Source: Brevinema sp. (GTDB lineage: Bacteria; Spirochaetota; Brevinematia; Brevinematales; Brevinemataceae). From it: DNA of 31,410 bases. The notes below the pieces were generated by a model. It had not been told where the DNA came from and ran no database searches. It saw only the letters and a program-made list of their open reading frames with translations. Location of the stretch: NCBI GenBank assembly GCA_051647205.1, contig JBOFDR010000091.1:1-31410 (forward strand), read 5' to 3'. The position numbers and the translations under genes are program-made. Below are positions 8,863 to 16,586 of this stretch, piece by piece (position 1 is the stretch's first letter; every line of letters starts with the position of its first letter).

Positions 8863-9512
8863 TTTTGTTTTGTTAATTCTTGTAAACTTTTTTCTAGTCG
8901 TCTGATTTCATCTTGAGCACCTTCAGGTGTGTCAATAAAGACTAAAATACGTCTTCGATAGAAAGAAAATTCTGCAGGGAAGTTTATCTTAGATAATTCA
9001 TTCCTTAGGATTCCGTATTCTAAAGACAAAGAATATTGTTTTTCTGTATCTGTATTAAGAGAGTTTTTTGCCCAAAGAAGCATCTCTGATTCAACTTCAT
9101 AAAGAAATTTTGCATAGTGTTTTGTATTGTGCTGACTTTGATAAAGAGCTATTAATTTTGGTAATAAAAATAAAAACACCTTGATTTTACTAAGGTCTGT
9201 TTTTGCAAGATGTACTTTATTTGATATAGTCATGTTTTCTGTAGGAGCAGAGGGATTAGCATAAATAAAAAACTCTAAAGTAGGAAGTGTGATCACAGCA
9301 CTATTTTTTAGAACAAGTGCTTTTGATGTTGGCTGATACATTGTAAGATCACATTCCAAATTTAATAATTGGGTAGAATTTCTGATAGTTAGAGCTTTTG
9401 AAATATATTCATGATATTTTTCTTGTAGGCTTAGGAGTTCTTTTTTTGTCCATTCATGCTCATTACAAAATAACTGTGTTACTGTTAATAATATGATTAA
9501 TAAAATTCTCAT
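8859..9512 (-). CDS. Exported hypothetical protein, helical
   Basis: 217 aa, hydrophobic N-terminus MRILLIILLTVTQLFC, SD gggga upstream. No recognised motif. Confidence 0.65.
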   Translation of the reverse strand: MRILLIILLTVTQLFCNEHEWTKKELLSLQEKYHEYISKALTIRNSTQLLNLECDLTMYQPTSKALVLKNSAVITLPTLEFFIYANPSAPTENMTISNKVHLAKTDLSKIKVFLFLLPKLIALYQSQHNTKHYAKFLYEVESEMLLWAKNSLNTDTEKQYSLSLEYGILRNELSKINFPAEFSFYRRRILVFIDTPEGAQDEIRRLEKSLQELTKQK

Positions 9513-9619
9513 AGTAATCCCCCTAAATTTATTATAACTTAAATAACATTAAAAGTAAAAAACTTGTAATAAAGATGTTTTTCTAGTAAAGTATATCTAT
9601 AAAGCATGAGGAGAAAGCC

Positions 9620-10069
9620 ATGAATGTAAAAAAAGGTGATGCTATTAAAGTCCATTATAAAGGGACATTAGATGATGGTAACGTATTCGATAGTTCTGAG
9701 GGAAGAGAGCCTTTGGCTTTTACTGTTGGTCAAGGTCATGTTATACCTGGTTTTGATAATGCAATGGAAGGAATGCAAGTTAATGAAACTAAAAAAGTTC
9801 ATATTCCTTCTGCAGAGGCTTATGGTGAATATTCTGAAGAAAATGTCTTAGATGTTCCAGTTGGGCAACGTTTATTTTTGTTGCACCCACAATCAGGACA
9901 ACCTGTTCCAGTAAAAGTTATGAAAGCAGAAAATGGTGTAGTTGTACTTGATGCAAACCATGAACTTGCTGGTCAAAACTTAAATTTTGAAATTACATTG
10001 CATGCTATTGGTGACACTACAGAAGAAGATCACGATCAATGTGGATGTGGTGGTTCTTGCCAACATTAA
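9620..10069 (+). CDS. slyD: FKBP-type peptidyl-prolyl isomerase, SlyD family
   Basis: VKVHYKGTLDDGNVFDSS, VIPGFDNAM, EAYG, LDANHELAGQNLNF. Short His/Cys tail HDQCGCGGSCQH. SD gaggag. Confidence 0.92.
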   Translation: MNVKKGDAIKVHYKGTLDDGNVFDSSEGREPLAFTVGQGHVIPGFDNAMEGMQVNETKKVHIPSAEAYGEYSEENVLDVPVGQRLFLLHPQSGQPVPVKVMKAENGVVVLDANHELAGQNLNFEITLHAIGDTTEEDHDQCGCGGSCQH

Positions 10070-10080
10070 TATAAAATTTA

Positions 10081-10112
10081 AAAAAACTCCTCTATATTTA
10101 GAGGAGTTTTTT
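10081..10112. terminator. Bidirectional intrinsic terminator
   Basis: Perfect inverted repeat aaaaaactcctcta-tatt-tagaggagtttttt between convergent slyD and the beta-barrel gene. Confidence 0.85.
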
Positions 10113-10141
10113 GTTTTTAATATTAATATAAAATAGAAAAA

Positions 10142-10807
10142 CTAAAATCTAAATCCTATCACCCCACCAAAAGTTAGATAGTGGATAAGTCCAAGGTCTT
10201 TTCCTTTGATAATACCAAAGAAATCAAAATCATTACTTGTTTCGTATGTTGATAATGAATACCCAACATCAAAACCAATAACAAAAGCAGAATATTTGCT
10301 AAAATGGACGTTATAACGTACCATCATTTCGAGTCCCCATGATAAAAATCCTGGAAACTTGTCATTATCGACTTCAAAAAATTTATTATGAATATTAAAA
10401 TCAAAGACCATTGCTGTTGTAATCAAGAGAGATGATCCACGACCACTTTGAGGATCTACTTTTCCTAAACCATATCCTCCACCAATAGAAAACCCTAATT
10501 TGGATGTTTGAGAATAAAGAGAATTGATGGATTTTATTTGGTAAGATAGTTCTTCTGGTACCATAGGTGTTGTAAAACGTAAAGCTGAATAAAAATTACG
10601 GCGATAGTTTCCGTAAGTTAATTCTAACATAGTGGTATTTACAGGTATAATTTGATTAAAGTTTTCATTAAAGTATGATTGTCCTGCAAATCTGTTGACA
10701 ACATTCACCCCTATTCTAGGTGTTGTTGCATCTTTAACGGCTTCTTGAGCCGATGTTAGTGTAGGTGCTACGAATAATGCTATTATTAATGCGATAAAAA
10801 GTCTCAT
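10142..10807 (-). CDS. Putative small outer-membrane beta-barrel protein (paralog 1)
   Basis: Signal peptide ending LTSA-Q, alternating amphipathic strands (FSIGGGYGLG, WGLEMMVRYNVHF, FVIGFDVGY), C-terminal GFRF resembling a beta-signal. SD gggag. Confidence 0.7.
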   Translation of the reverse strand: MRLFIALIIALFVAPTLTSAQEAVKDATTPRIGVNVVNRFAGQSYFNENFNQIIPVNTTMLELTYGNYRRNFYSALRFTTPMVPEELSYQIKSINSLYSQTSKLGFSIGGGYGLGKVDPQSGRGSSLLITTAMVFDFNIHNKFFEVDNDKFPGFLSWGLEMMVRYNVHFSKYSAFVIGFDVGYSLSTYETSNDFDFFGIIKGKDLGLIHYLTFGGVIGFRF

Positions 10808-10945
10808 AATTATATCTCCCGAATAATATAATGAATATTTATAGTAATTATATATAATATATGATGTTTATTACCTATATTTCAAATTATAATTGAGAAT
10901 ATTTAATTTTTTAAATATTTGATTATAAATTTTATGTTATAGATT

Positions 10946-13252
10946 TTATTTTAATAATTTTGCAAAAGGATTATGAGTGATTTGACCAGCATCATTTTTT
11001 TTAATCTGATCTTTTGAATTTTGTTGTCCAGCAGGTTTTTTTAGAGAAATTTTTGATTTATTTCCTGACGGTGCTTTAGAATCTTTTTCGGATTTTTGAG
11101 CAAATACTTTAGGATTTCTAGTTCCTGACCCTGATTTCATAGACAATCCAATACGACGACGTTTTTCATCCATATCAATAATATAAGCAGTGATTACATC
11201 ACCTGCTTTTACTACATCCATAGGGTGATCAATATATTGATCACTCATCTCAGAAAGATGGATTAACGCAGTTTCTTTAATTCCAAGATCGACAAAGGCT
11301 CCAAAATCTACAACATTTTTAATTTTTCCTGTCACTTGCATGCCTACTCTTAAATCTTCAAAAGTCTTTACACCTTTTTGCATAATAGGTCCTGGAAAAT
11401 CTTCTCTAGGATCATGAGCAGGTTTTTGTAGTTCGACGATGATATCTTCAATAGTAGTGTCGCCAATATGATATTTATTCATTAAAGATTCTTTTTGTTC
11501 TTTTGTTGGCTTTCCAGAAGAAAGAATCGCTAAGATTTCACGAGCAACATCATAATTTTCAGGATGAACCCATGAATTATCCAAAATTTCCTGAGAATTA
11601 GGAACTTTTAAAAATCCTGCGGCTTGTTCAAAAGTTTTATCGCCCATTCCTGTTACTTTTAGTAATTCCATTCTATTGGTAAAAGCTCCATTTTTATCAC
11701 GATAAGAAACAATTTTTTTTGCAAGGCTGATCTTGATGCCAGAAACATATTTTAGAAGTGAGTAGGAAGCTGTATTAATATTAATGCCTACTCTATTTAC
11801 AACAGATTCTACTGTTTCATCAAGAGAATCATTTAAAGCACTTTGATTAAGGTCATGCTGATAAAGACCCACTCCAATAGATTTAGGATCTATCTTTACT
11901 AATTCTGCTAGTGGATCTTGTAGACGTCTACCAATAGAAATAGCTCCTCTAATACTTACATCCAAATCAGGAAACTCTTCTTTAGCAATAGGTGATGCCG
12001 AGTATACACTGGCACCATCTTCTGCAACTACGGTAAAAGGAATATCTATCTTAGATTCTTCAATAACTTTTGAGACATATTCTTGTACATCATGGGAGCC
12101 AGTTCCGTTACCAATTGCAATGAGATTAATGTTATGTTTTTTGATCATTCCTGTAATAAGAGCACTGTATTGAGGATTATCTTTTAGTTGGTAGAACATA
12201 AAATCTTCTAAGAATTTTCCGTTTTCATCAATAGCAACTACCTTTGTTCCAGTACGGATTCCTGGGTCAAAGGCAAGAATTCTGGTACTTTTGATAGGAG
12301 ATTGAAGAAGGATGTTTTGTAAATTGGCAGAAAATAATCCAATACCGTGCTTATCAGCACTAGATGTGAAATTTGATCTGATTTCACGGAGAACAGCAGG
12401 TATTAGAAGACGTTTCATCCCATCAACGATAGCTTCAGAGTGAAATTTATTATTAAGTGAATAATGTGAAAGTACCACATTATTCACTTTTTCTTCTTCA
12501 ATATCAATCTTAATTTCTAATTCTTTTTCGCTTTCTCCACGATTCATCGCTAAAACTCTATGTGGTTTTACAGTGGATAAGGGTTCTTTATAGTCGTAGT
12601 ACATGCCGTATACGCTAGTTTCTTTATCTTTATTTCCAGTGATTATTAATTGACCATGTTTCAGAATAAAATCACGTGTTTTGGCACGATTTTCAGTATC
12701 TTGAGAGATTCTTTCTGCAAGGATATCCATTGCTCCTTGCAAAGCGTCTTCAATAGTCAAAATAGCATGTTCCTCGTTGAGATAATCATTAGCAGCCACA
12801 ATAATAGCACTTTCTTCTGCAGTGAGCATTAATTCAGCTAATCCCTCTAGATCAGCTTCAATTGCTTTCATACCACGAGTTTTTTTCTTACGTTTATAAG
12901 GTGCGTAGATATCTTCAAGTTCTGTTTGAGTAGAACAAAGCTGAATATTAGCAAGTAATTCTTCAGTTAAGAGACCTTGTAAAAAAATTCCTTTAATGAT
13001 CTCGATACGTCTGGTTTCAAGATTTGTTAATGATTTATTCAAATGTTCAATAGAACGGATCTCTGTTTCATCTAAATTACCAGTTTTTTCTTTTCGGTAA
13101 CGAGCAATAAATGGCACCGTACAATCTTCAGCAAATAAATCTAATGTTGCTTTGATCTGTGTTGCAGTAATTGATAGTTCCTCTGAAATACAAGAAATGA
13201 TATCATCTGTATCAATAAGCAATGATTCAATTAATTCAGGTGTTAATGCCAT
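10946..13252 (-). CDS. tex: Tex family RNA-binding transcriptional accessory protein
   Basis: TVPFIARYRKEKTG, YAPYKRKKKT, YqgF-like AFDPGIRTGTK, IAIGNGT, EDGASVYSAS, RRLQDPLAELVKIDPKSIGVGLYQHD, HhH motifs and a C-terminal S1 domain (NVVDFGAFVDLG). Start moved to ATG 13252 because of SD ggagg. Confidence 0.97.
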   Translation of the reverse strand: MALTPELIESLLIDTDDIISCISEELSITATQIKATLDLFAEDCTVPFIARYRKEKTGNLDETEIRSIEHLNKSLTNLETRRIEIIKGIFLQGLLTEELLANIQLCSTQTELEDIYAPYKRKKKTRGMKAIEADLEGLAELMLTAEESAIIVAANDYLNEEHAILTIEDALQGAMDILAERISQDTENRAKTRDFILKHGQLIITGNKDKETSVYGMYYDYKEPLSTVKPHRVLAMNRGESEKELEIKIDIEEEKVNNVVLSHYSLNNKFHSEAIVDGMKRLLIPAVLREIRSNFTSSADKHGIGLFSANLQNILLQSPIKSTRILAFDPGIRTGTKVVAIDENGKFLEDFMFYQLKDNPQYSALITGMIKKHNINLIAIGNGTGSHDVQEYVSKVIEESKIDIPFTVVAEDGASVYSASPIAKEEFPDLDVSIRGAISIGRRLQDPLAELVKIDPKSIGVGLYQHDLNQSALNDSLDETVESVVNRVGININTASYSLLKYVSGIKISLAKKIVSYRDKNGAFTNRMELLKVTGMGDKTFEQAAGFLKVPNSQEILDNSWVHPENYDVAREILAILSSGKPTKEQKESLMNKYHIGDTTIEDIIVELQKPAHDPREDFPGPIMQKGVKTFEDLRVGMQVTGKIKNVVDFGAFVDLGIKETALIHLSEMSDQYIDHPMDVVKAGDVITAYIIDMDEKRRRIGLSMKSGSGTRNPKVFAQKSEKDSKAPSGNKSKISLKKPAGQQNSKDQIKKNDAGQITHNPFAKLLK

Positions 13253-13273
13253 AAAATTTCCTCCAAGCATGTG

Positions 13274-13299
13274 TATAGGGGGTATAAATACCCCCTATA
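13274..13299 (-). promoter_or_regulatory. Hairpin in the tex 5' leader just upstream of the SD
   Basis: Perfect inverted repeat tatagggggtat-aa-ataccccctata, ending 8 nt before the ggagg SD. No U tract on the minus strand. Confidence 0.6.
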
Positions 13300-13384
13300 G
13301 GTTTTCTCATCTTTTTACAGACTGAGTCTGATCTCCAAATCTACAAAGCTCATAAATTTTCAATGAATACCTATGAGGTACTTT

Positions 13385-13413
13385 ATTATAATCTAAAAAC
13401 TGATTCTTGTAAA
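13385..13413 (-). promoter_or_regulatory. Putative sigma70 promoter for tex
   Basis: Minus strand TTTACA (13413-13408), N17, TATAAT (13390-13385). Confidence 0.65.
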
Positions 13414-13443
13414 GCAATTATACAATTATTTTATAAATTTTTT

Positions 13444-14139
13444 TTAGAATCCAAGCCCAAAACTCAATGCATATGTTAAAGTATGAAAAGATGCAATTGT
13501 TTTTTGCATATTAACATAAAACGGATCTCCTGTACCAATAGCATACAAATAACCAAAATCAGCACCCAAGATAAAATTTAAGTGTGGTCTTATCGTATAG
13601 GATGCACGCATATTAAATTCAAAACCTGCATTGATTAGTTGATTTTCGATCGATTTTGAAGTTGTTATCTTCTCTAAAAGATTTGGAATAGCATGAGAAT
13701 GAACACCTGCCTCTACAATAATAGCACCATTAACAGAAATGAGCCATCCAATATTATTGGAACCCCTAACATCGAATACTGTTCCCCCAAATCCAAATCC
13801 ACCACCTAATCGAACGGCTTCCATATTAATAATAGGTAATAATAAAGCAAATGGTTTTTCAGAATACATTAAAGGAATACTAACACGTATTTGAGTATAA
13901 AAATATGATTTTGATGTTGATATTGGTATTTTAAATTCAAAAAGTGTTGTTGCGAATGGAACAGTAATTTCAGGAGCAGCTCCACCAACACGGCTAATAG
14001 ATCCTATTCTTTGTACTATTCCAAAATAATAAGAATGTCTGTCAGCATATTCTGTTTCTTGAACAGAAATTGGTTCTTGAGCTAATATTTTGATAGATAT
14101 GCTACAAATAAGCGTAAGCATAAGCGTTGCTTTCCTCAT
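13444..14139 (-). CDS. Putative small outer-membrane beta-barrel protein (paralog 2)
   Basis: Signal peptide ending ILA-Q, strands LGGGFGFG, AGFEFNMRASYTI, FILGADFGY, C-terminal FGLGF. SD aggagg. Same pattern as 10142-10807. Confidence 0.7.
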   Translation of the reverse strand: MRKATLMLTLICSISIKILAQEPISVQETEYADRHSYYFGIVQRIGSISRVGGAAPEITVPFATTLFEFKIPISTSKSYFYTQIRVSIPLMYSEKPFALLLPIINMEAVRLGGGFGFGGTVFDVRGSNNIGWLISVNGAIIVEAGVHSHAIPNLLEKITTSKSIENQLINAGFEFNMRASYTIRPHLNFILGADFGYLYAIGTGDPFYVNMQKTIASFHTLTYALSFGLGF

Positions 14140-14236
14140 GATATCCTCCTCTTATGCTTAATGTGTAAATATAAATATGTAATCATTATACATTATATTA
14201 TATGGTTATATAAAATTATGTTCATGTATTTTTAAT

Positions 14237-14265
14237 TTGACTTTTATTATCTACTATATTAAAAT
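14237..14265 (+). promoter_or_regulatory. Putative sigma70 promoter for the metal-binding protein gene
   Basis: TTGACT (14237-14242), N17, TAAAAT (14260-14265), 37 nt before ATG 14303. Confidence 0.65.
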
Positions 14266-14302
14266 ACAGCAACGATTTACTATTTTTGTTGAGGAGAATT
14301 AT

Positions 14303-15148
14303 ATGAGATTTTTTCTGATATTTTTATTATTGATAGGAACTTCATGTTCAGAAAAATCAAAAGATAATAGATATTATATTATCACAGGTATTGAGCCAAT
14401 AGCTTTGTTAATTCAGCAGATTGGTGGTAGTCATATTAAAACTTCTGCTGTTATTCCTCCTAATATTGATCCTCATACTTTTAATCTGAAAATATCTGAT
14501 GGGGTGGCTGTTGCTGAGGCTGATTTACTTATTATCTTGGATGAGCATATTGATGGTATGCTATTACAGATTTCTGACCAGACTAATAAAATAGTATTAA
14601 AAAAATCTAAAGACCATCATGGTCACGGATCTCACAATGAAAACCCACATTATTGGCTTTCTTTTACAAAATCTATCGAGATAGCTACTCAGATATTGAA
14701 TATTCTTGAAGATCTTATGCCAGAACATAAATCAGAATTTCAAATGAATTATAACTTATTTGTTGCAGAAATCAATACTAATTTTACATATTATAAAAAT
14801 CAACAAAAAAATATTGTAGTAGTGCAACGTCATGCTGCTTGGGATTATCTTTTGGAAGAATTAGAAATCAAACAGATTGCGCTTTTAGAGGAATTTGAAA
14901 ATCAGCAAGTATCACTTAAAAAAGTACGAAGCCTAATTGATCTTGTAAAAAAACAAGATAGTCAAGTTTTATTAATTGAAGATGCTTTTTCAACACCATC
15001 TAGTGTTTTTAAAGAAATTAGTAAAGAGAGTTCTGCTAATATCGTGGTATTAAATCCTTTACAAACGGATAAAAATATATCTACTATTGTTGAACTACTA
15101 CATTATAATACAGAATTATTAATAAAAAAACAATCATTTTTACAATGA
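14303..15148 (+). CDS. ZnuA/TroA-family (cluster A-I) metal ABC transporter substrate-binding lipoprotein
   Basis: SD gaggag. Lipobox LIGTS-C. Motifs IDPHTF, His-rich loop DHHGHGSH, NPHYWLS and QRHAAWDY, with three canonical His ligands. Confidence 0.9.
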   Translation: MRFFLIFLLLIGTSCSEKSKDNRYYIITGIEPIALLIQQIGGSHIKTSAVIPPNIDPHTFNLKISDGVAVAEADLLIILDEHIDGMLLQISDQTNKIVLKKSKDHHGHGSHNENPHYWLSFTKSIEIATQILNILEDLMPEHKSEFQMNYNLFVAEINTNFTYYKNQQKNIVVVQRHAAWDYLLEELEIKQIALLEEFENQQVSLKKVRSLIDLVKKQDSQVLLIEDAFSTPSSVFKEISKESSANIVVLNPLQTDKNISTIVELLHYNTELLIKKQSFLQ

Positions 15149-15200
15149 TCACTTTCATTAAGTATGTATTGGGGAATCTTCAAAATAAGAGTGTTTTATT

Positions 15201-16049
15201 ATGAAATTGGATGAATTTTTTATTAAATATATTGTAAAAGAATACCAGGAACAAAAAAATCCTTCTCAAATTCAAATATTTCAAGAAGCAATTTGTGAAT
15301 TTGTTGAAGAATGGACTAAGATCACCTACCATTGTTCAACAGATATAGCACGTGATTTTTTAGTATATATTTTAGAATTCTCAGAACAAATCATGCTTTC
15401 TTATCCTAAAGATTTGAGAGTACTTTTTAAGACATGGTTTATTGCTGTATTAACAAATAAATTCGCCGATTTTTCTAAAACAACAGCAATATTTTCTCCT
15501 TATGCTGTAATAGATTTTGATTTTTTTGAAGAAACCTTAATTGATGTTGAATACTCGCAATCTCTATATTATGAACAATTAATGGGATTAATGGATAAAT
15601 TATCTTCATATGAGCAAAGTATCGTGTTTTTTTTGTATATGCCAAGAGATATTAATGAAAAACATTTTTATCATTTGTCTAAATTTTTTCAAAAACCTGT
15701 ACATATTATAATGAAAGTGTATCATAATATTTTAAAAGTACAAGAGATATCATTAAAAAATCAAGAAACAATACAGTTAGAACGGGATAAAATAAATCAA
15801 AAAATTATTCGATTAGAACATATGTACAAAAAAACACAAAATCTTTCTAAAAAAGATTCATTGGTCAATAAAATTTCTTATTTCAAAAATAGACAGTATA
15901 AATTATCCTTACAAATAAAAACAAAGAAAAAAATTCTTTTGAAACATTTTGAAGAATTAGTAGGGGATTATCAATCTACCTATTCATTAATTAGAAAAAT
16001 CGAAACTAAAATTCGTGTACTATTAAGTGAGCTAATTGGAGACCAGTAA
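15201..16049 (+). CDS. Atypical ECF-like sigma70-family factor with a long insertion in region 4
   Basis: ARDFLVYI and LFKTWFIAVLTNKFADF resemble sigma region 2. LMDKLSSYEQSIVFFLY resembles the start of region 4. The terminal KHFEELVGDYQSTYSLIRKIETKIRVLL resembles the 4.2 HTH. About 100 charged helical residues lie between the two region-4 parts. Confidence 0.65.
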   Translation: MKLDEFFIKYIVKEYQEQKNPSQIQIFQEAICEFVEEWTKITYHCSTDIARDFLVYILEFSEQIMLSYPKDLRVLFKTWFIAVLTNKFADFSKTTAIFSPYAVIDFDFFEETLIDVEYSQSLYYEQLMGLMDKLSSYEQSIVFFLYMPRDINEKHFYHLSKFFQKPVHIIMKVYHNILKVQEISLKNQETIQLERDKINQKIIRLEHMYKKTQNLSKKDSLVNKISYFKNRQYKLSLQIKTKKKILLKHFEELVGDYQSTYSLIRKIETKIRVLLSELIGDQ

Positions 16050-16051
16050 AT

Positions 16052-16552
16052 ATGAACAAAATGTTGTTGTATATAGAAAATAAACTCCCCCTCGACCAAA
16101 TGAATGAATATTCTTCTTTTCTAAAAAATAATCCAGATGAGATGAAGAAGGTGGTGCAACTTTCTAAGGCATTAGCAATTTATGATGCTCAGCATTCTCG
16201 AATTCATACTATGGAGATTGTTGATAAGCCATCTTCTTACTTAGATTTTATGTTAACAGGGTTGATTGACTTGATTGATCGGAAAAAACTTGCTTTTAGA
16301 GGATCTCATGATGTAATTATTGATAGTTTTTGCTTTTTAAAGCTAACTCTTCAAGTAATTAAAAAGAAAGAACAAGGCTTAGAATTGATAATTACTTCAG
16401 CAGAAAATCTTTGGTGTGAGTGGATGGATCTGGCTACTGGAAATACAGATATCATTACTCTTGGAGAGGCCGTACCAATTATTGCTGATCAAAGATACTT
16501 ACTACGTTATGATGATGAAGGCTATTCGGAACTTTTATTTATTTCTTTTTAA
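16052..16552 (+). CDS. Hypothetical protein, candidate cytoplasmic anti-sigma factor
   Basis: Starts 2 nt after the sigma-like gene. N-terminus LLYIENKLPLDQMNEYSSFLKNNPDEMKKV has the zf-HC2/ASD helical pattern but lacks the His/Cys ligands. No TM segment. Confidence 0.5.
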   Translation: MNKMLLYIENKLPLDQMNEYSSFLKNNPDEMKKVVQLSKALAIYDAQHSRIHTMEIVDKPSSYLDFMLTGLIDLIDRKKLAFRGSHDVIIDSFCFLKLTLQVIKKKEQGLELIITSAENLWCEWMDLATGNTDIITLGEAVPIIADQRYLLRYDDEGYSELLFISF

Positions 16553-16555
16553 ATC

Positions 16556-16586
16556 AAATAACCCCCTATTTTATAGGGGGTTATTT
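16556..16586. terminator. Bidirectional intrinsic terminator
   Basis: Perfect inverted repeat aaataaccccctat-ttt-atagggggttattt between convergent genes. Confidence 0.85.

Noticed and set aside
9460-9512. Lipoprotein signal in the 217-aa ORF (TQLF-C)
   Set aside because: Phe at -1 does not fit typical lipoboxes. Treated as an ordinary exported protein.
14174-14194. Zur-like dyad aatatgtaat-c-attatacatt upstream of the ZnuA-like gene
   Set aside because: Only about 13 of 20 positions match the Bacillus-type Zur box, in nearly pure AT sequence. Not distinguishable from chance by eye.
13274-16586. Shared ccccctat/ataggggg core in the hairpins at 13274 and 16556 as a REP-like family
   Set aside because: Only two instances, arms in opposite order, 8-nt identity. 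Insufficient for a repeat family.
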